A DNA stretch of 64,000 nucleotides from Cercozoa sp. M6MM (Eukaryota; Protista; Endomyxa: Ascetosporea): NCBI GenBank assembly GCA_040357565.1, contig JBDODJ010000046.1; one strand, 5' to 3'. Positions within the stretch are counted from its first letter, which is position 1, and every line of letters begins with the position of its first letter. The notes under the pieces were generated by a model. That model ran no database searches. It was not told where the DNA came from and saw only the letters and a program-made list of their open reading frames with translations. The position numbers were made by a program, and so were the translations under genes. Positions 50,013-63,600 of the stretch are shown one piece after another.

Positions 50013-53000
50013 ATGGACTTTGACCTGCGCGATTTTGTGCAAAATGTCCGCGCGGACGTCGAGCTCGTGCGGCACAACACGCGCGTCGACGAGCTCAGCG
50101 ACGAGTCGTCGTCCGAGTCAAAGCCGGGCGATGTGCGCAGTGATCGACACAGTGACCAACAGAGTGATCGGCTGAGTGACCAGAGTGATCGGCACAGTGA
50201 GCACGTGGACACTGAGCACGTGGACCCGGTGTCGCTGCGACTGACGCGATCGGTGGCCTGGCACGTGGCGGTGCTCCTGGTCGTGTCGCTTGACCTCTGG
50301 GTGGTGCCGTTCCAGGCGGCGTTTCTCCACGGGCGCGAGGGACTGCCGCCGACGCCGCTGTTCGTCCTGGCTCTGGTAGGACCAAAGGGCGGGGGGGGGG
50401 GGGGAAAAGCAGAGGGTGAGGTGGCTACAAAGTGGCTACGTCTAGGTGGGTGACCTGTTCCTCTGGGTCGACCTGGCACTGCGCATATACGCACGCAAGC
50501 ACGCCCTGTACACAGGTGGGTGGGAGGGGGGGGGGGGGGGAGGATAGCAGGGAGAAGGGGTGTCACGAGCGCAGGTGTGACACTGTTGGAACTGGTGGCG
50601 GTACTGCCGATCGATTGGGTCGTCTTGATCGTACTCTTTAACTAAACTGACTGTATCTTTTTTGTTGAGGGAGTGTCATCTATGTAGGCCACACATGGTG
50701 GTGGTGCCGAGTACTACAGATTGGTATCACTTTTTATTTGACTCTTTAACCCCCTTCAACCTCCTTCCCGTCGACAGTTTCGCTTGTTGCGTCTACTAAC
50801 GCTGCGACGCGCCGTGCGGAAGCTTCTGTCCTGGTACCTTTCTACCTCCCTACCTACCTACCTTTCCACCTACCATATCTACCCACCTATCCACCTACCT
50901 ACCCCTACCTGCCTACCTACCCCTACCTGCCTACCTACCCNNNNNNNNNNCCTACCTACCCCTACCTGCCTACCTACCCCTACCTGCCTACCTACCCCTA
51001 CCTGCCTACCTACCTATTTATCTGCCTACCTATTTATCTACCTGCGTACCTATCTACCTACCTATCTATACCTACCTACCTCCCTATCCTACGGACTCCC
51101 TTGTCTGTGTGTTCTGACGCAGGCTGCGGGAACAGCGCTCCTCGACAACGTTGGCTGCCATCGCGTCGCCGACGGTTTCTTTTTGCCCCTTTTTACTCTT
51201 TTTATGCCCTCATTGTACCCCGATCAGATCCTCTTTATAACCGTTTTATACCCGATTTACACTTCACAATGCACCTCCATCTTATACTCATTGTACCCCT
51301 TTACACCCTTTAATACCCCTTGTACCTAGGCCGCACGAGCGTTGCTGCTGTTCGCATTGTTTGTGACGGCGACGCATTTCTTTGCTTGCGCCTTCTTTCT
51401 GGTGCAGACCCTCCTCCTTGTCCCCCTCTTTACCCTTGACCCTCTGCACCCTTCCTCCCTTCGTACACTTGGCGCAGGCGGCAGTGCTGGATGACACTCG
51501 GGAAAACACGTGGCTGTTTCGCGACGGCATCACTGGTGCCAAGCGACACTGATCTGCTATCGCTGTCTGACTCACTGAGTGACCACATTGACTGGACCAC
51601 ATTGACTGAGTGACTACACTTGAGTGACGGTTTCTGTAGGCGATCAGGGCTACATGCACAAGTACCTGCGCTCGTGGTACTGGTCGGTGATCACGATGGT
51701 GACGACTGGTCTCGGTACACCGTTCCATGTGGCCACTCGGCTCGAGTAACCACCCAGTTCAGTCAGTGAGCCAGCGAGTGGCCTACGTGTGCAGGTGACA
51801 TCGTGCCCCTGACGACGGTCGAGACACTGGTGTCCGTGATCGCCATGCTCTGCGGCACCTTTGGCGCCACTGCACTGGTCGGCGATCTGGTACCAACGTC
51901 CCTCACCCAGTGTGTACCCACTCGGTCAGGCCCACGTGCCTCCCACTGACTCACTGACGGGATTGAGTGACCAACAGACCAACTGGGCCATGGCAACGAG
52001 TGGCGCGCGTGCACAACATGAGAACAAGCTGTCGTGCATTCGGTACCAACACTGGGCCGACCCAGTGACCTGACTGACTGGGTGACTGGGTGACTGACGG
52101 GGTGCCTGACTGGGTGACTCACCGGATGAGCACGTGTGCAGGGCGTACCACGAGCTGTGCGACAGCGAGGAGGAGCACGCCGAAATCGACACGTTCGCGC
52201 AGGTGCAGCTCTACCTGGTAGCACCTGCTAGTCACTATGCGTGATCACTCCATGTCTGGTCACTCTATGTCTGGTCACTATGTGTGGTCACTATATGTCT
52301 GGTCACTCTATGTCTGGTCACTCTGTGATCATTCTGACGTTAAATGTGTGCGTGTGCAGTGGAAGGACACGCACGGCATCGACGAGGCGTCGTTGCTGGA
52401 GCTGCTGCCACGACACTTGCGTGCCTCGCTCTTCCACGTGCTCACTCGCGACGGTACTACTCGTGCCCACTCAGGGACATGTGCTGGGACTCGTGCAATG
52501 ACACGTGTTCGGTCAGTCAGTTTATTGTCTGTGTAGCACTGCAGAAGGCACCCGCCTTGACACTAGCCTTTGGTCTCAACTTAGAGTAATTTGCTTCCTT
52601 GGCATCTGCTCACCCCTTTTACCCGCTTTACCCCTCCCTTTTACCCTGTTACCCCTTTACCCCCTTCTTCCCCCCCCCCCCCCCCACAGTGCGCGAGTGT
52701 TCGCCTGCGTGGAGGCGCTGGCGGCGCAGATGTCCCTCGTGTCGCTGCCGCCCGGGTCACTGGTACGCTCGCATGCTTCACTTGCACGCGCTTGAATAGC
52801 ACGTGTCTGACTGGGTAACTGGGTGACTGAGTGACTGGGTCACTAGGTGATTGGATGGGCACGTGTGTGAGTGTGTGCAGCTGACGGTGCGCGGGATGCG
52901 AGCGACCGAGTTCTTCGTGCACGTACGCGGGCGCACTCGCGTGGAACAAGACGAAGTTTCCGGAAACAGGAAGGTTCCGGGAACACTGCCGGAAGGAGGA

Positions 53001-56000
53001 ACTGCTTCCACAGTGTCGGGTAAGTGCCTGGATTTTGAGGCCAGTGTGCTGCACGCCGCTTCGTGCGACACCGTGCGCTGTCTCTCCTTCGTCCAGGTCT
53101 TCCGGTGCTCCGCGCAGCTTCTACACCAGGTAGCGTTTCTCCCCTGCTTAGGGTCACAGTCGGGTCACGGTTCACACCGTCACATGCTCAGGTCTCCAAA
53201 GCCTACCTGACCCAGCCGCAGCGACAACGTACCTTTACTCCATACTCTTCGTCTTCCTTCCTTACCCCCGTATACCTCCCTGTTTCTGCCTTGCCTGGCA
53301 GAGCTGTTAGCGGCGTGCCGGGAAGTGCATAACACGCGCGAGTTGTGGCTACAGCATCACCGTCAACAACTGAGTCAGGAGCACGACGGTGTCATTGATA
53401 TCGACGGTGACTCCGGGGTCAATAGTCATCAGCAACTCGTGTTCGCTCTGGCAGCTGTCACTCGGTACCTGTCGATGTGCTTGTGTATATACAGCCTATT
53501 CATGTCCCACCCGTATTCTACCCGTGTACTGCCTGTGTGCGTGTGACCAACACAGCGACGGTACGGCCACGTGGCGCGACGATGCCCACTCGGCGTTTCG
53601 CGTGCAGTGGCGCCGCGTGCTGCTGACGGCATTGGTGGCCTTCAACGTGCTGGTGCCGCTGGTGCTAGTGCACGCCTACCGGCACAGCAACGGTGATGGT
53701 GACACTGACTCGATCGAAGTCTGGGTGACGGTGCTACTCTACGTGTGCGACGGTGTTGTCTGGGTTGACCTGTGGTTGCGCACGTGGCACTTCTCCTTCG
53801 TTGGTGACGACGACGAACTCGTGTGTGCGCCGTCCTCGGTAGACTTGTATTTACCCCTCTCAGTTCGTAGCATTTTCAACCCCCTGGACAGCGACTGCGG
53901 CAGCACAGTACGCAGTGGAAGGGTCTCGGCCAGCCGTGTCTCTGGTTGGATGTGCTGTCAGTGCTTCCGATCGATGTGGTGCCGTTCGCGCTAGGTGCAG
54001 GACCACTGACGGTGAGTCTGCTGCGTGTTAACCGTCTCGTGCTACTTCGTCGACTGCCGGCACTGTGGGACCGCGTGGTCAACTGTATGTGCTTTACCCT
54101 CCTCCCCCCCCCCCCCGTTACCCCTTGCTCCTTGCCTGTCTCTACCCCTGGGTTTAGTGAAACGGTGGTCCTTGTCGCGCGCTGTGCGATTGTTTTGTTT
54201 CACGCTGCTGGCGGTGCACGTGGCTGGATGTACCACTTGAGCTTTTAGTTGACGGATCAGTGACTCAACCTTGTATCTTTGCTTGATCCGCAGGTGCCTG
54301 GCAGTGGGCGGCGCACATCTCGCAGGCGCGCGGCAATCACAACTGGCTCGAACCGGACTTTGTCAAGGATGCGCATCCAGCGTACTTTGGCACCTTGATC
54401 CTTCTGCCCAGTACTTGCCTCTCACCTTTTTAACCCCTTAATCCTTGACAGGTGGACCTGGCTGCGCAGCGTGTACTTTATCATGGTCGCTACCACTACC
54501 GTTGGATGTAAGTTTTGATTGTTATCATATTGATTACTGACTGATCACTGATTTTTGAGCGACTGAAATCGTCCTTAGTTGAGTGTGTGTGGACGTGGAA
54601 CGTGTATGCGTGTGTATGTTTGCGCAGACGGCGACATCGTGGCGCACTCACTGCTGGAGACGGCCCTGGCAGCCATTCTTGTGGTAGTTGGTCACCAATG
54701 ATCACTAGGTGGTCACTGATCGATTGCTGAGTGGTCAATGATCAATCAAATGGTCACTGTGACTGTAGGTTATTGGCGGCGCCCTGCATCCCGCCTTTGT
54801 CGGCGCCGTTGCTGCATGTACAACTTTCTCTTGGGGAGGGGGAGGGTAAAGTTAATATCTCGTGGGTCGTGTGTTAGTGCTGTTCCGCGCGGATGCGCCG
54901 ACAGAGGAGTCGCAGCGTCGACTGCGCCGTGTCTTGTGAGTTGTGCCCTGACGCGTCATGTCTTGTGCAACGTTGTACCTACCTTGTGTGTGTGTGTGTG
55001 TAGTCAGTTGGTGCTGTACCTGGAGACCAACGCCAAGCGACGGCACGGCAACGACGTGCTTCTCGAGGCCGACTCGGACTATATGGTCATCCTGTCTCTC
55101 TCCCCCATCTTACTCTTATCCTCCCCCACATCCTCTTATCCTCCCCCACATCCTCTTATCCTCCCCCACATCCTCTTATTCTCCCACATCCTCTTATTCT
55201 CCCCCACACCCTCTTTCCCTCCCGTAGGCCAAGTTGCGCGCGCGGATTCGACAGGCGCATCAGCACGAGTGGCAGCAGCGTCGCGGACTGAGGCGCGACG
55301 GTGACGGTGACGATGTCACTGATACCACTGACCACACCGTCAGCGGTGCTGATCGCGGCGTGAGTGACAGTGATACCGGCGTCGGCGCCATCGCGCGTCG
55401 TCAGATGCAGCGCTACGTGAAGATGTCGCTGCTGCGAGCTTTCGGTCCGGTATCAAACGATGGCACCGGTGTCATCGGCGACGGTTCTATTGATCTTCTG
55501 ACCGAGAGTTACTCTGACGGTTTTCATCGCGGTGATCCTGGGATCAACTGGGACATTGCACCACGCGTCACATTGCCTCATGTACTCCCTCTCGCTGGCT
55601 ATCACGTGTGACCAACTAACTGACAGTGTGATCGATTTGACCGCACAGGAGTGCCTGCACCGTCCGTGTCGTCGTCTGTCAGATCGTGTGTTCCTGCTGC
55701 GCTCTGGCTTGGCGTCCATCCACTGCGTACCTTGGTCGTCCTTTCATTTGATGCCCTATACCCCCTCTGATAGAGAGAGGCATCGCTGCGATTGAGCTCG
55801 GGCGATTTCTGCTGCCTGCATGCACTCGATTCTTGTGCTATTTTCTCTGCTTTTTCTGCTTACCCTCTCCCTCCATTTGTTTACAACAACATCTGTAGCT
55901 GAGTCTCCTTGGAGGATCGTGTCCGATGGTATAAAAACAAGCAAGTGTACCTTGTGTGTCATTCGTTTAACTAACGGAAACTTGTAGACACGTGCGAGTG

Positions 56001-56779
56001 GATCAGCATTCCTGTTGACTGTCTCGCGTAGCTTCTTTACTATCGTTCTTCAGTTTTCCTTGTGTTTACCAGTTATTTTTCAGACCGTGGAAGGAGCAAG
56101 CGTTGCAGTTGCTTGAGGTAATTTCGAAAGTTCACACTATGCTTCAGTCGATACCCTCGCTTTAAAACTTCAGCGAAGAAAACGCAAAATTGCGGCGATC
56201 GAGCGAAACTTGGCAGCGCCAAAGATCGTCAAAATCGCCGCTTATGTTTGTATTTTCTCTGCGTTGGTTATGTCTTCAAGTAATTCTCCTAATTGGGGTC
56301 GTAGCGACAAAGCAGCCTGATTCGAGTTGGCGACAGTTTGTACGACACCCTTTCTCCGTTCGCAGGCGACTATGGTCGGCTCTCGTCCTATTTGTGGTAG
56401 GAATTGCACGTATGCTTGAATTCTATGCAGTATCTTTATGTATATTTAGGTGCTGTATGAGCTTTTGGCGTTGCCATTTTGCGTGGCGTTTCTGTGCATG
56501 CACGCGAACGGGTCGCTTGCGACATCGCTTGGAGTCTCCGTCTGGCTTCTTTTCTTCGTACAGTGCTTTCGTGTTGCGAACTGTGTTGTACTGCAGGAAT
56601 GCATGTTACCGTGGACAGATCGTCGACATTATCAGCGCGCTGGATGCGTTCTTTCGGATTCGCGTTTTCGCTCAGAATCCGCTTGGCGACAGCGGCGGCA
56701 AGGCAGCGAAACTGCTCGAAGTTGCGGCGATTTTGCCGATCGATTGGCTTTTGCTCTTTGTGCGTTTTTCTCTTTCTCG

Positions 56780-56831
<52 letters not shown>

Positions 56832-57821
56832 CTCGCATATATGCTTTCGTGCTGTGTCGCTTTTCTCTGGTTTAAATTAATTAAAAAGACGGGTTTTCCT
56901 TGAGTGTAGTGTGGCGTTTATCCCATGTGGGTCCTGATCACAAGGTACATGTTACACTTGTGTCTTTTAAATGTGTACGACTGGATACTGTCTCCATGAC
57001 AGGAGCTTGCGCTTGCTGCGAAGTCGGCAATTCCCGCACTTGATTACCGAAGTGCGTGCTCTGCTTGACGAGCACGTGTTGGTACCGAGTGTTATCTAAT
57101 GGAGGGCTGCGTAATCACTGAGACCTCTTGACGTGTGAACAGTCACTGAGACCGTCACTGCCGCTGATTGTGGCACTCTGCACCGTGGTTTTTGTGTCGG
57201 CGCACTGCTGTGCATGTGCCTTTCATTTGACCGCGTTGATGGAACGCGCCAATGGCATAGAGTACACGTGGCTGCAGGACCAGGTTCGACTCAGCACTAG
57301 TGCTTTGCCTCCGTGAGCCACGTTTGTGCTGTGTGTCCTTAGGTGGCACAGGGCTACCTGTACGCCGACAGTGGCGTTGCGCATCGATACCTGCGATCAT
57401 TGTACTTCACTTTGCCGACACTGCTCGTCGTTGTGATCGGTACCTTCGAGTGTTTCGACTTGTCTTACCCTTTGTACACTGTCTTAGGTGACGTGACCCC
57501 TGTGACCAAGTGGGAGACCTTGATGACCTTCTTGTATTGTCTCTCTATCGAACGTTACCCACTTTGTTCCCTTACACCTCAATGTGTAGACTGATGTCGG
57601 TCGGAGTATCACTGAATGCCGCTGTCATTGGCGCTGCTGTTGATGTATCTCTTTCTTAACTATACCTTTTCCCTGAGCTCGGTATCGTTTTTTTAAACCC
57701 TCTAGGTACTGAGCAAGCGCTCCTCGGAGCGACAGCTGCGCGACAGCGTTGACGACTTTTTATCCTCAGGCGCCTTTCCCTCCGTAGCTGTCCTTATCCC
57801 CAACACAAACACACACACACA

Positions 57822-57854
<33 letters not shown>

Positions 57855-58795
57855 TACCCTCCCTCTTCTGCATAGGTGCTGCAGCAGAAGGTGCGCGATT
57901 GGCGTGAGTACCTCTGGCTTACCGATCGTACACTACTTTGTCTGTCCATATGTTTTTAATATATGTCCACCCATATGTTCTTGTGCACTTGAACAGACAG
58001 CTGGCATGAAGGCGGCGTACGTTTGCGACGTGCCACTTCGGTAGTGCTATCTTACCCCCCCCCCCCCGTTACTCCCTATGTGGTTATTCTTTAGGTGGCC
58101 TCTCTGCCGAGTGAGCAGCTGCAGCGAGAGGTGTTGCTGCTGCGCACACACGCACTGTATGGCTTCGATACCTTCACGTTCTTATTATCGCCCATCGTAT
58201 GTCCACTTGTTCTCCCTCCTCTAACCCGTATATCTTATACCCCTTTTGCCAGGTGAGCCAGTTGCGCGTGACGGTCGACGCTGACGAACTCGCCGACCTG
58301 CGCGCTCTCGTGGCCGACCTGCTGGTAGACTTCTGCATTTGTTTCTTTTCTTTTTGTTGTTTCTGTAAAGAAAAAAGAAAACTGCGACTGCATAGGGTGC
58401 CATGGAGGCCAGGAGAAGTGCCACGAACGAAATCGGTGTGTTCTGTGCATGTTCTGTATTCTCCTACACCCACCTCTACCCGCCACAACAGTGATCCAGG
58501 AGGGCGACCCTGCGCGCGGCGTGTGGCTGCTGCTGCGTGGCCGCGTCGCCAAGAAACGCGTCATCTTTGAGAGCAGCGCCGAGAATTGCCTCTTCCTCGA
58601 CAGCAAAAGCGTCATCGGTCTCACCGAATGCTTCGACGGTACACCGATTTGGATGCGCACAGAGTGTACTTACTACGGGTGTGGAAACAGACGTGCCCAA
58701 GGACAGCGCATACCCACTGTACGCCTTCAGCGTGCGCGCGTGTGGGCCCTGCGAGTGGCGCTACTGTAATTTGTCTCACGTGAGCATATGCATAT

Positions 58796-58838
<43 letters not shown>

Positions 58839-61631
58839 GATATATATATATATGTATGTATATGTTTGGGTTTGATGGGCAGTGTCGATCCGCGCTTTGG
58901 ACCAGGTGCTTGGCAAGTATGCACCACTGTCCAAGTCCTCTAGGTAATTTGTGCACTTGTACCTTCATCCTCCTACTCCCGGCCCACCCTCGTAGCAACA
59001 AGAGCGTGTCGTACGGCAGTCTGCGCGCCGTGGTGCGCGAGTTGCTGGCCCGAGTGATCGCGCGTGGTCGTCCAGCTGGCACTAGCGGTCACAGTGACGG
59101 TTACGGCTACATTGACAGCGAGGAGACAAGCAGCACCGATGGACCTATTGGTCGCACTGACGCCGACGGAGACTCCGACGAGTACAAGAGTGACCGCAAC
59201 GACGACGACGAGGGCGATCGCACCGACAGCGATCGGCGTCGCTCGCTGACCGTCGTTGAACGCTCCATCACACGGACCGACACCTTTGGTATTCTCTCCA
59301 TCTTTGGTGAGGTTGCTACCAGGAGTAGGGAAACCCTACCCCTTGACTGTGGCTTGACTATCATCTTGACTGTAGCGACCTCGGCGATCGAGCTGATGCC
59401 GAGTGTGACGGGTCTCACCGACGACCGCGGCGACATGGCGACGCGTGTGCTGACCGAGTACTTTCTGTTCGATCAGAGCGACGTCGACGAGGACGACGCT
59501 AACGGCACCGTCAATGTCCTGCTCAGTGACGGTGTCACACGTGATCGCAACGGTGCCACTGGAGTCGTCGACGGTGTCGATACCATGGTGGGTGCGCGTA
59601 GCCACCCTATCGCCAGTGAGCGACGGTCGCGGCGACTTGAGTCGGCCACGTGGCTAGTGGCAGCGCTGATGGCGCAGTTTTCGCTCATTGTGCTGCTGCC
59701 GCTGCGGCTCGCGTACCTTACTTCCCCTTTTACGGCTCCCCTCCTTACATGATTGAATGTAGTTTCTGGTGTCGCGACGGACAGGAGGTCGTGTTCTTTG
59801 CGGCAATGGCGTTTTCGCTGATTGGCGACTGTGTTGTGTTGTGGGACCTGGCGGTATGTTTTCACCCTAACTTTGTCTGCGTATGTACGTGGAGGGTATG
59901 GAAGGATATTCCCTGCACACAGGACAAGCGTAGTGGGGATTTGTGGCAACACGTATGGCAGTGGCCGCTGCTGTATGAGTGCGTCGGCGTGTTGGTGGCT
60001 CTGGTGGTGGATGCCACCATCGACAGGGATGACTCACGAGACGGTGACATCAACGGCATCAGCTACTGGCCACTGGTGCTGTCACTGGCACGTGTGCCAC
60101 GACTAGTACGACTGCGGCACTTGCACTCTCTGTTCCGACGGTACTTTCCTGCACGCACACAACACACGTGCCAAGTTAAAATGTGCCAACACTCACGGCA
60201 GGGTGGAAAAACGCCTTGAGATCTGGCACGTGCGCGTCAAGGCATCGCTGCTGTCGCTTGTGCTGGTACATACCTTGGTTTCTTAAACGTCGTCCCTTCA
60301 CTTCCTTCCCTTTCAGGCAATGACATCAGTCGTAGTTAGTGTGCACGTGGCGGCGTGTCTGTGGAACTGCGTGCACTTGTACCTGCTCAAGGCGCCGCGC
60401 GATGAGTACAGACCTTGTGCTGACCCTCTGTCTCATACCACCTCTTACTCTCTGTCCCTCGAGCAGTTGGCTGACGCGGGATCCAGTGTTGTCGCAGCCG
60501 GACGTGTCGCTGTGGTGGCACTACCTGCGTGCGGTACACTTTGCCATCACAACGCTCTCATCGGTTGGCTACGGCGACGTGCGACCCGTGGGTGCCGCCG
60601 AAACGGTGTACCAGCTGTTGGTCACCGTATGTGGTACTTTGGCGCTAGTAGGGTGTGTGTATGTGTGTCCATTGAGACACGTGCAGGTGCCACTATCTTT
60701 GCGAGTCTGACCGCGCTGTTCGCGCAACATTTCGCCGAGAGTGATCGCACGCCTGCCTTAGACGAGGTGCCTTGTGCTTGCTTTCCTAGTGCCCGTGTAT
60801 GCCTTGTGGGTGGACGAAAATATCCACAGGAAGAGAGGGGCGACGAAATGTTACTCGCCAAGTTGCGACACTACGTCAGGTACACACACACGACATACTG
60901 CGAGTTTAGCAAGCCATGCTAGAGCACTCTACAATATTTAGGATGCGACAACTGCCTGAGTACCTGGGCATGGCCTTACAGGAGGTACTCTAGGTTGCAC
61001 AAGTGGAGATGTATGAGAGTGGCTGTATGAGAGTGGCTATCCCTTTCCGGTAGTACGCGCGGATGGTGGTGCGACAGCGCGTGCTGCAGAAACGCGAGGT
61101 CGTGAGACTCCGTGCGGCGCTCGGTCAAACGAGTGCCGACTTCGGTATGTTTGACTGCTCTGTTCTATATTATCGTATGCGTCGACACTTGATTCTGTGT
61201 AGAGGAGGACGAAGTGAGCACCTTCATCAGTCAATTGCCACTGAGTATTCGACTCCGTATGGTGCGTTTGTTCACCTTACCTACCCGGACCTGTCCGACC
61301 TGGTGCTGTATAGGCAATGCACGAGCACCGCGCGTTGTGTCTGCCTGGCGCACCGTTTCACGGTCAGTCTGTGTCTCTATGTTCGGTTGTTTTTGGTATG
61401 CGGCTGCTGTAGACCCGGAATTCGCTGGCGGTGTCGTTCCGACGGCGCATGTGCTACAAGTACCTTCTCTTAGTAGGGAAAGAGTTTTTGTCTTTGGCTA
61501 TCTCGCTTACTACGGCAGAACCTGCGCACGCAAGTGGTGCCATGTGGTGCCGTCTTGTTTCGCCGCAGTGAGCCGGTGCGTGAGGTGTTCTTTTTGGTGT
61601 CGGGTTCGCTGCGTTCCCTGGTATGTACACC

Positions 61632-61704
<73 letters not shown>

Positions 61705-62308
61705 ACATACACNNNNNNNNNNNNNNNNNNNNNNNNNNNNNNNNNNNNNNNNNNNNNNNNNNNNNNNNNNNNNNNNNNNNNNNNNNNNNNNNNNNNNNNN
61801 NNNNNNNNNNNNACACACACACACACGCGCAACAGGGTGGCACGTTCGACACGCTGGGCACGCTGAGCGTCATGGACACGACCACCGCTTGGCATGGTAG
61901 AATCCAATATTCACACCCTCTTGTATTATTTTCCCTCGCCTATTTCTGTATGGCTGCAGCGGAGGAGCGGACAATTTTTGGTGTAACATCGGAGGAACTC
62001 AAGACTAAGCGACGGGCGACAACGCTGCTGGCTACTTCGTGCTTTTTCTTTCGTCTGTCTGTGTGTCCTCGGGGATCAAGTCTCTCTCTCTTTGTGACAC
62101 ACCTTAGGGCCTGCGACGTGCGCATCTTGTCGCTCGCCATAGTGGCACATCTCGCTCGTAGGACATATTTGTGTTGTTGGACGCGCATGTGCACCTTTCT
62201 CGTACAATCAAGCGTCTTGTAGGGCGGTTCCCAGCGCTCCGTGGTTCGCCTTTTGGTCAAATGGTGCTCCTGCCGGCGCAGGTGCATCAGGTGCATCACG
62301 GCGACTAA
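50013..62308 (+). CDS. Four-repeat (6TM-pore-CNBD x4) cyclic-nucleotide-gated K+-type channel, CNGK/tetraKCNG-like; dozens of introns
   Basis: Four pore helices and filters: YLRSWYWSVITMVTTGLGDI (~51660-51800), WLRSVYFIMVATTTVGYGDI (~54455-54640), YLRSLYFTLPTLLVVVIGDV (~57385-57500) and YLRAVHFAITTLSSVGYGDV (~60520-60580). Each is preceded by an Arg-rich S4-like segment and followed by a C-linker/CNBD-like region. A single-gene model is inferred. Confidence 0.8.
52250..52325. repeat. Intronic ~15-bp tandem repeat (TCTGGTCACTCTATG)n, about 5 copies
   Basis: Seen directly in sequence. Confidence 0.85.
55115..55210. repeat. Intronic ~20-bp tandem repeat (ATCCTCCCCCACATCCTCTT)n, about 4-5 copies
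   Basis: Seen directly in sequence. Confidence 0.85.
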
Positions 62309-62725
62309 ACTTTAATCGACGTGACATCACTGCACGAACAAGTCGTTTGAGCCACGCTGAGCCACGAGCTGACTGGCGGCACCGCACAGCTACAGCGTGA
62401 TGCTCGCAGGCGTAACCAAAAGCGAAAACAAAATCGAATACACAGACGCATCGCATGATTTATAACGCAACTGAACATGAGACTGAAACCAAACTGAATT
62501 AAATGTAAACCAACAACAAAAGAAAGCGTCGCTTGCGACGGTGCAGAACTGAAGAAATTGCGGCCGGCACCACCGACACGGCAGGGAGACAAACGGATGC
62601 GTTTGGTTCCCAAAAAAGGGTTGCTTGGTGTCAAGTCAGGTCGTGTGCGTACATGTCGCACGTGTTTTGTGTGAGTATGTGTGTGTGAGTGTTATGTGCG
62701 TGTGGGCCTCAATCTCAGTTTTCGC

Positions 62726-63131
62726 CTATTGGACGTTGGCGGCAATCTTAGCCTTGAGGTCCTCGAACTCTTGCTTTTGCTCGCCATCAAGGGCCAGGAA
62801 GTCCGGGCGGAGGTCCCACGGCATCGTCGTGATCTGCCCAGCAGTACCCCGAAAGATTGAATTATCGCACGCAGTGATAGGGGGCAGGAGGGAAACGCAC
62901 GTAGACGTTTTCGTTGTAGAGACCCTTGGTGAAACGGAAGGCAAAGACGGTGCCCATGCCGACGGCGAGCGCCGGGATCATCGGCTTGCGGAACACGACG
63001 GCGGTCGCGAGCGGAATGAAGGCGCCGAAGGCAAAGTTCGCCGCAAACGACAGACCCGTCGTCATCGGCTTCAGCAGCACGTTCGGCAGGTAGAGCGGCA
63101 GGATGCCCGACTGGTTGTGGTCCACGCCCAT
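62726..63131 (-). CDS. Small two-TM protein, possibly MICOS subunit Mic10-like
   Basis: FAFGAFIPLATAVVFRKPMIPALAVGMGTVFAF has two hydrophobic segments separated by a short basic loop, like Mic10 (FFKRRMWPLAFGSGMG). Two coding exons. Confidence 0.4.
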
Positions 63132-63600
63132 TCTGCACGGGCACACACACACACACACATGCACACACAACACACACACACGACGTAACAGCGTCCGAGA
63201 ACGCACAAAATCCTTCCCCAGAGAAAAAGCAAAACAAAGCACAACAAAAAACAACTTGCGATGACCTGCACAGCCAGCATGCAAGCGGCTATGCTGTGCG
63301 CATTGCAGACGCTATGTGTGGTCACTCACAATGCGGCATAGCTTTCACAGAGGGGCAATGAGGCAACTAATTTGCACTCAAAAACGCCCAAAGAATCAAC
63401 CTCAAGTGCAGATGCTCTGAAGGTTGCAGTACCTGTAGTTTCGCTAGAAGCACAAGTGTGACTCGCTTTGCCGAGCAGCAGCAGGTCGGGATCTCGGCAC
63501 CGTGGCCACAAAAGTGTACAATGTGGTATCTCACGGTCCGTTTGTACAGCAGGCGTGAGTGACTCGCGCTGCTGGTGTAATCACACATCGATATCTAAAG

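Larger units (their letters stand above)
25819..61712. repeat. Numerous intronic microsatellites: (TA)n 25819-25870, (GTAT)n 27957-28057, (CA)n 29303-29349, (GTGTGTCT)n 33400-33530, (GATA)n 35510-35650, (CT)n 40972-41074, (TG)n 44621-44730, (CCTA)n 50850-51090, (CA)n 61636-61712
   Basis: Seen directly; several contain 10-N gaps. Confidence 0.95.
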
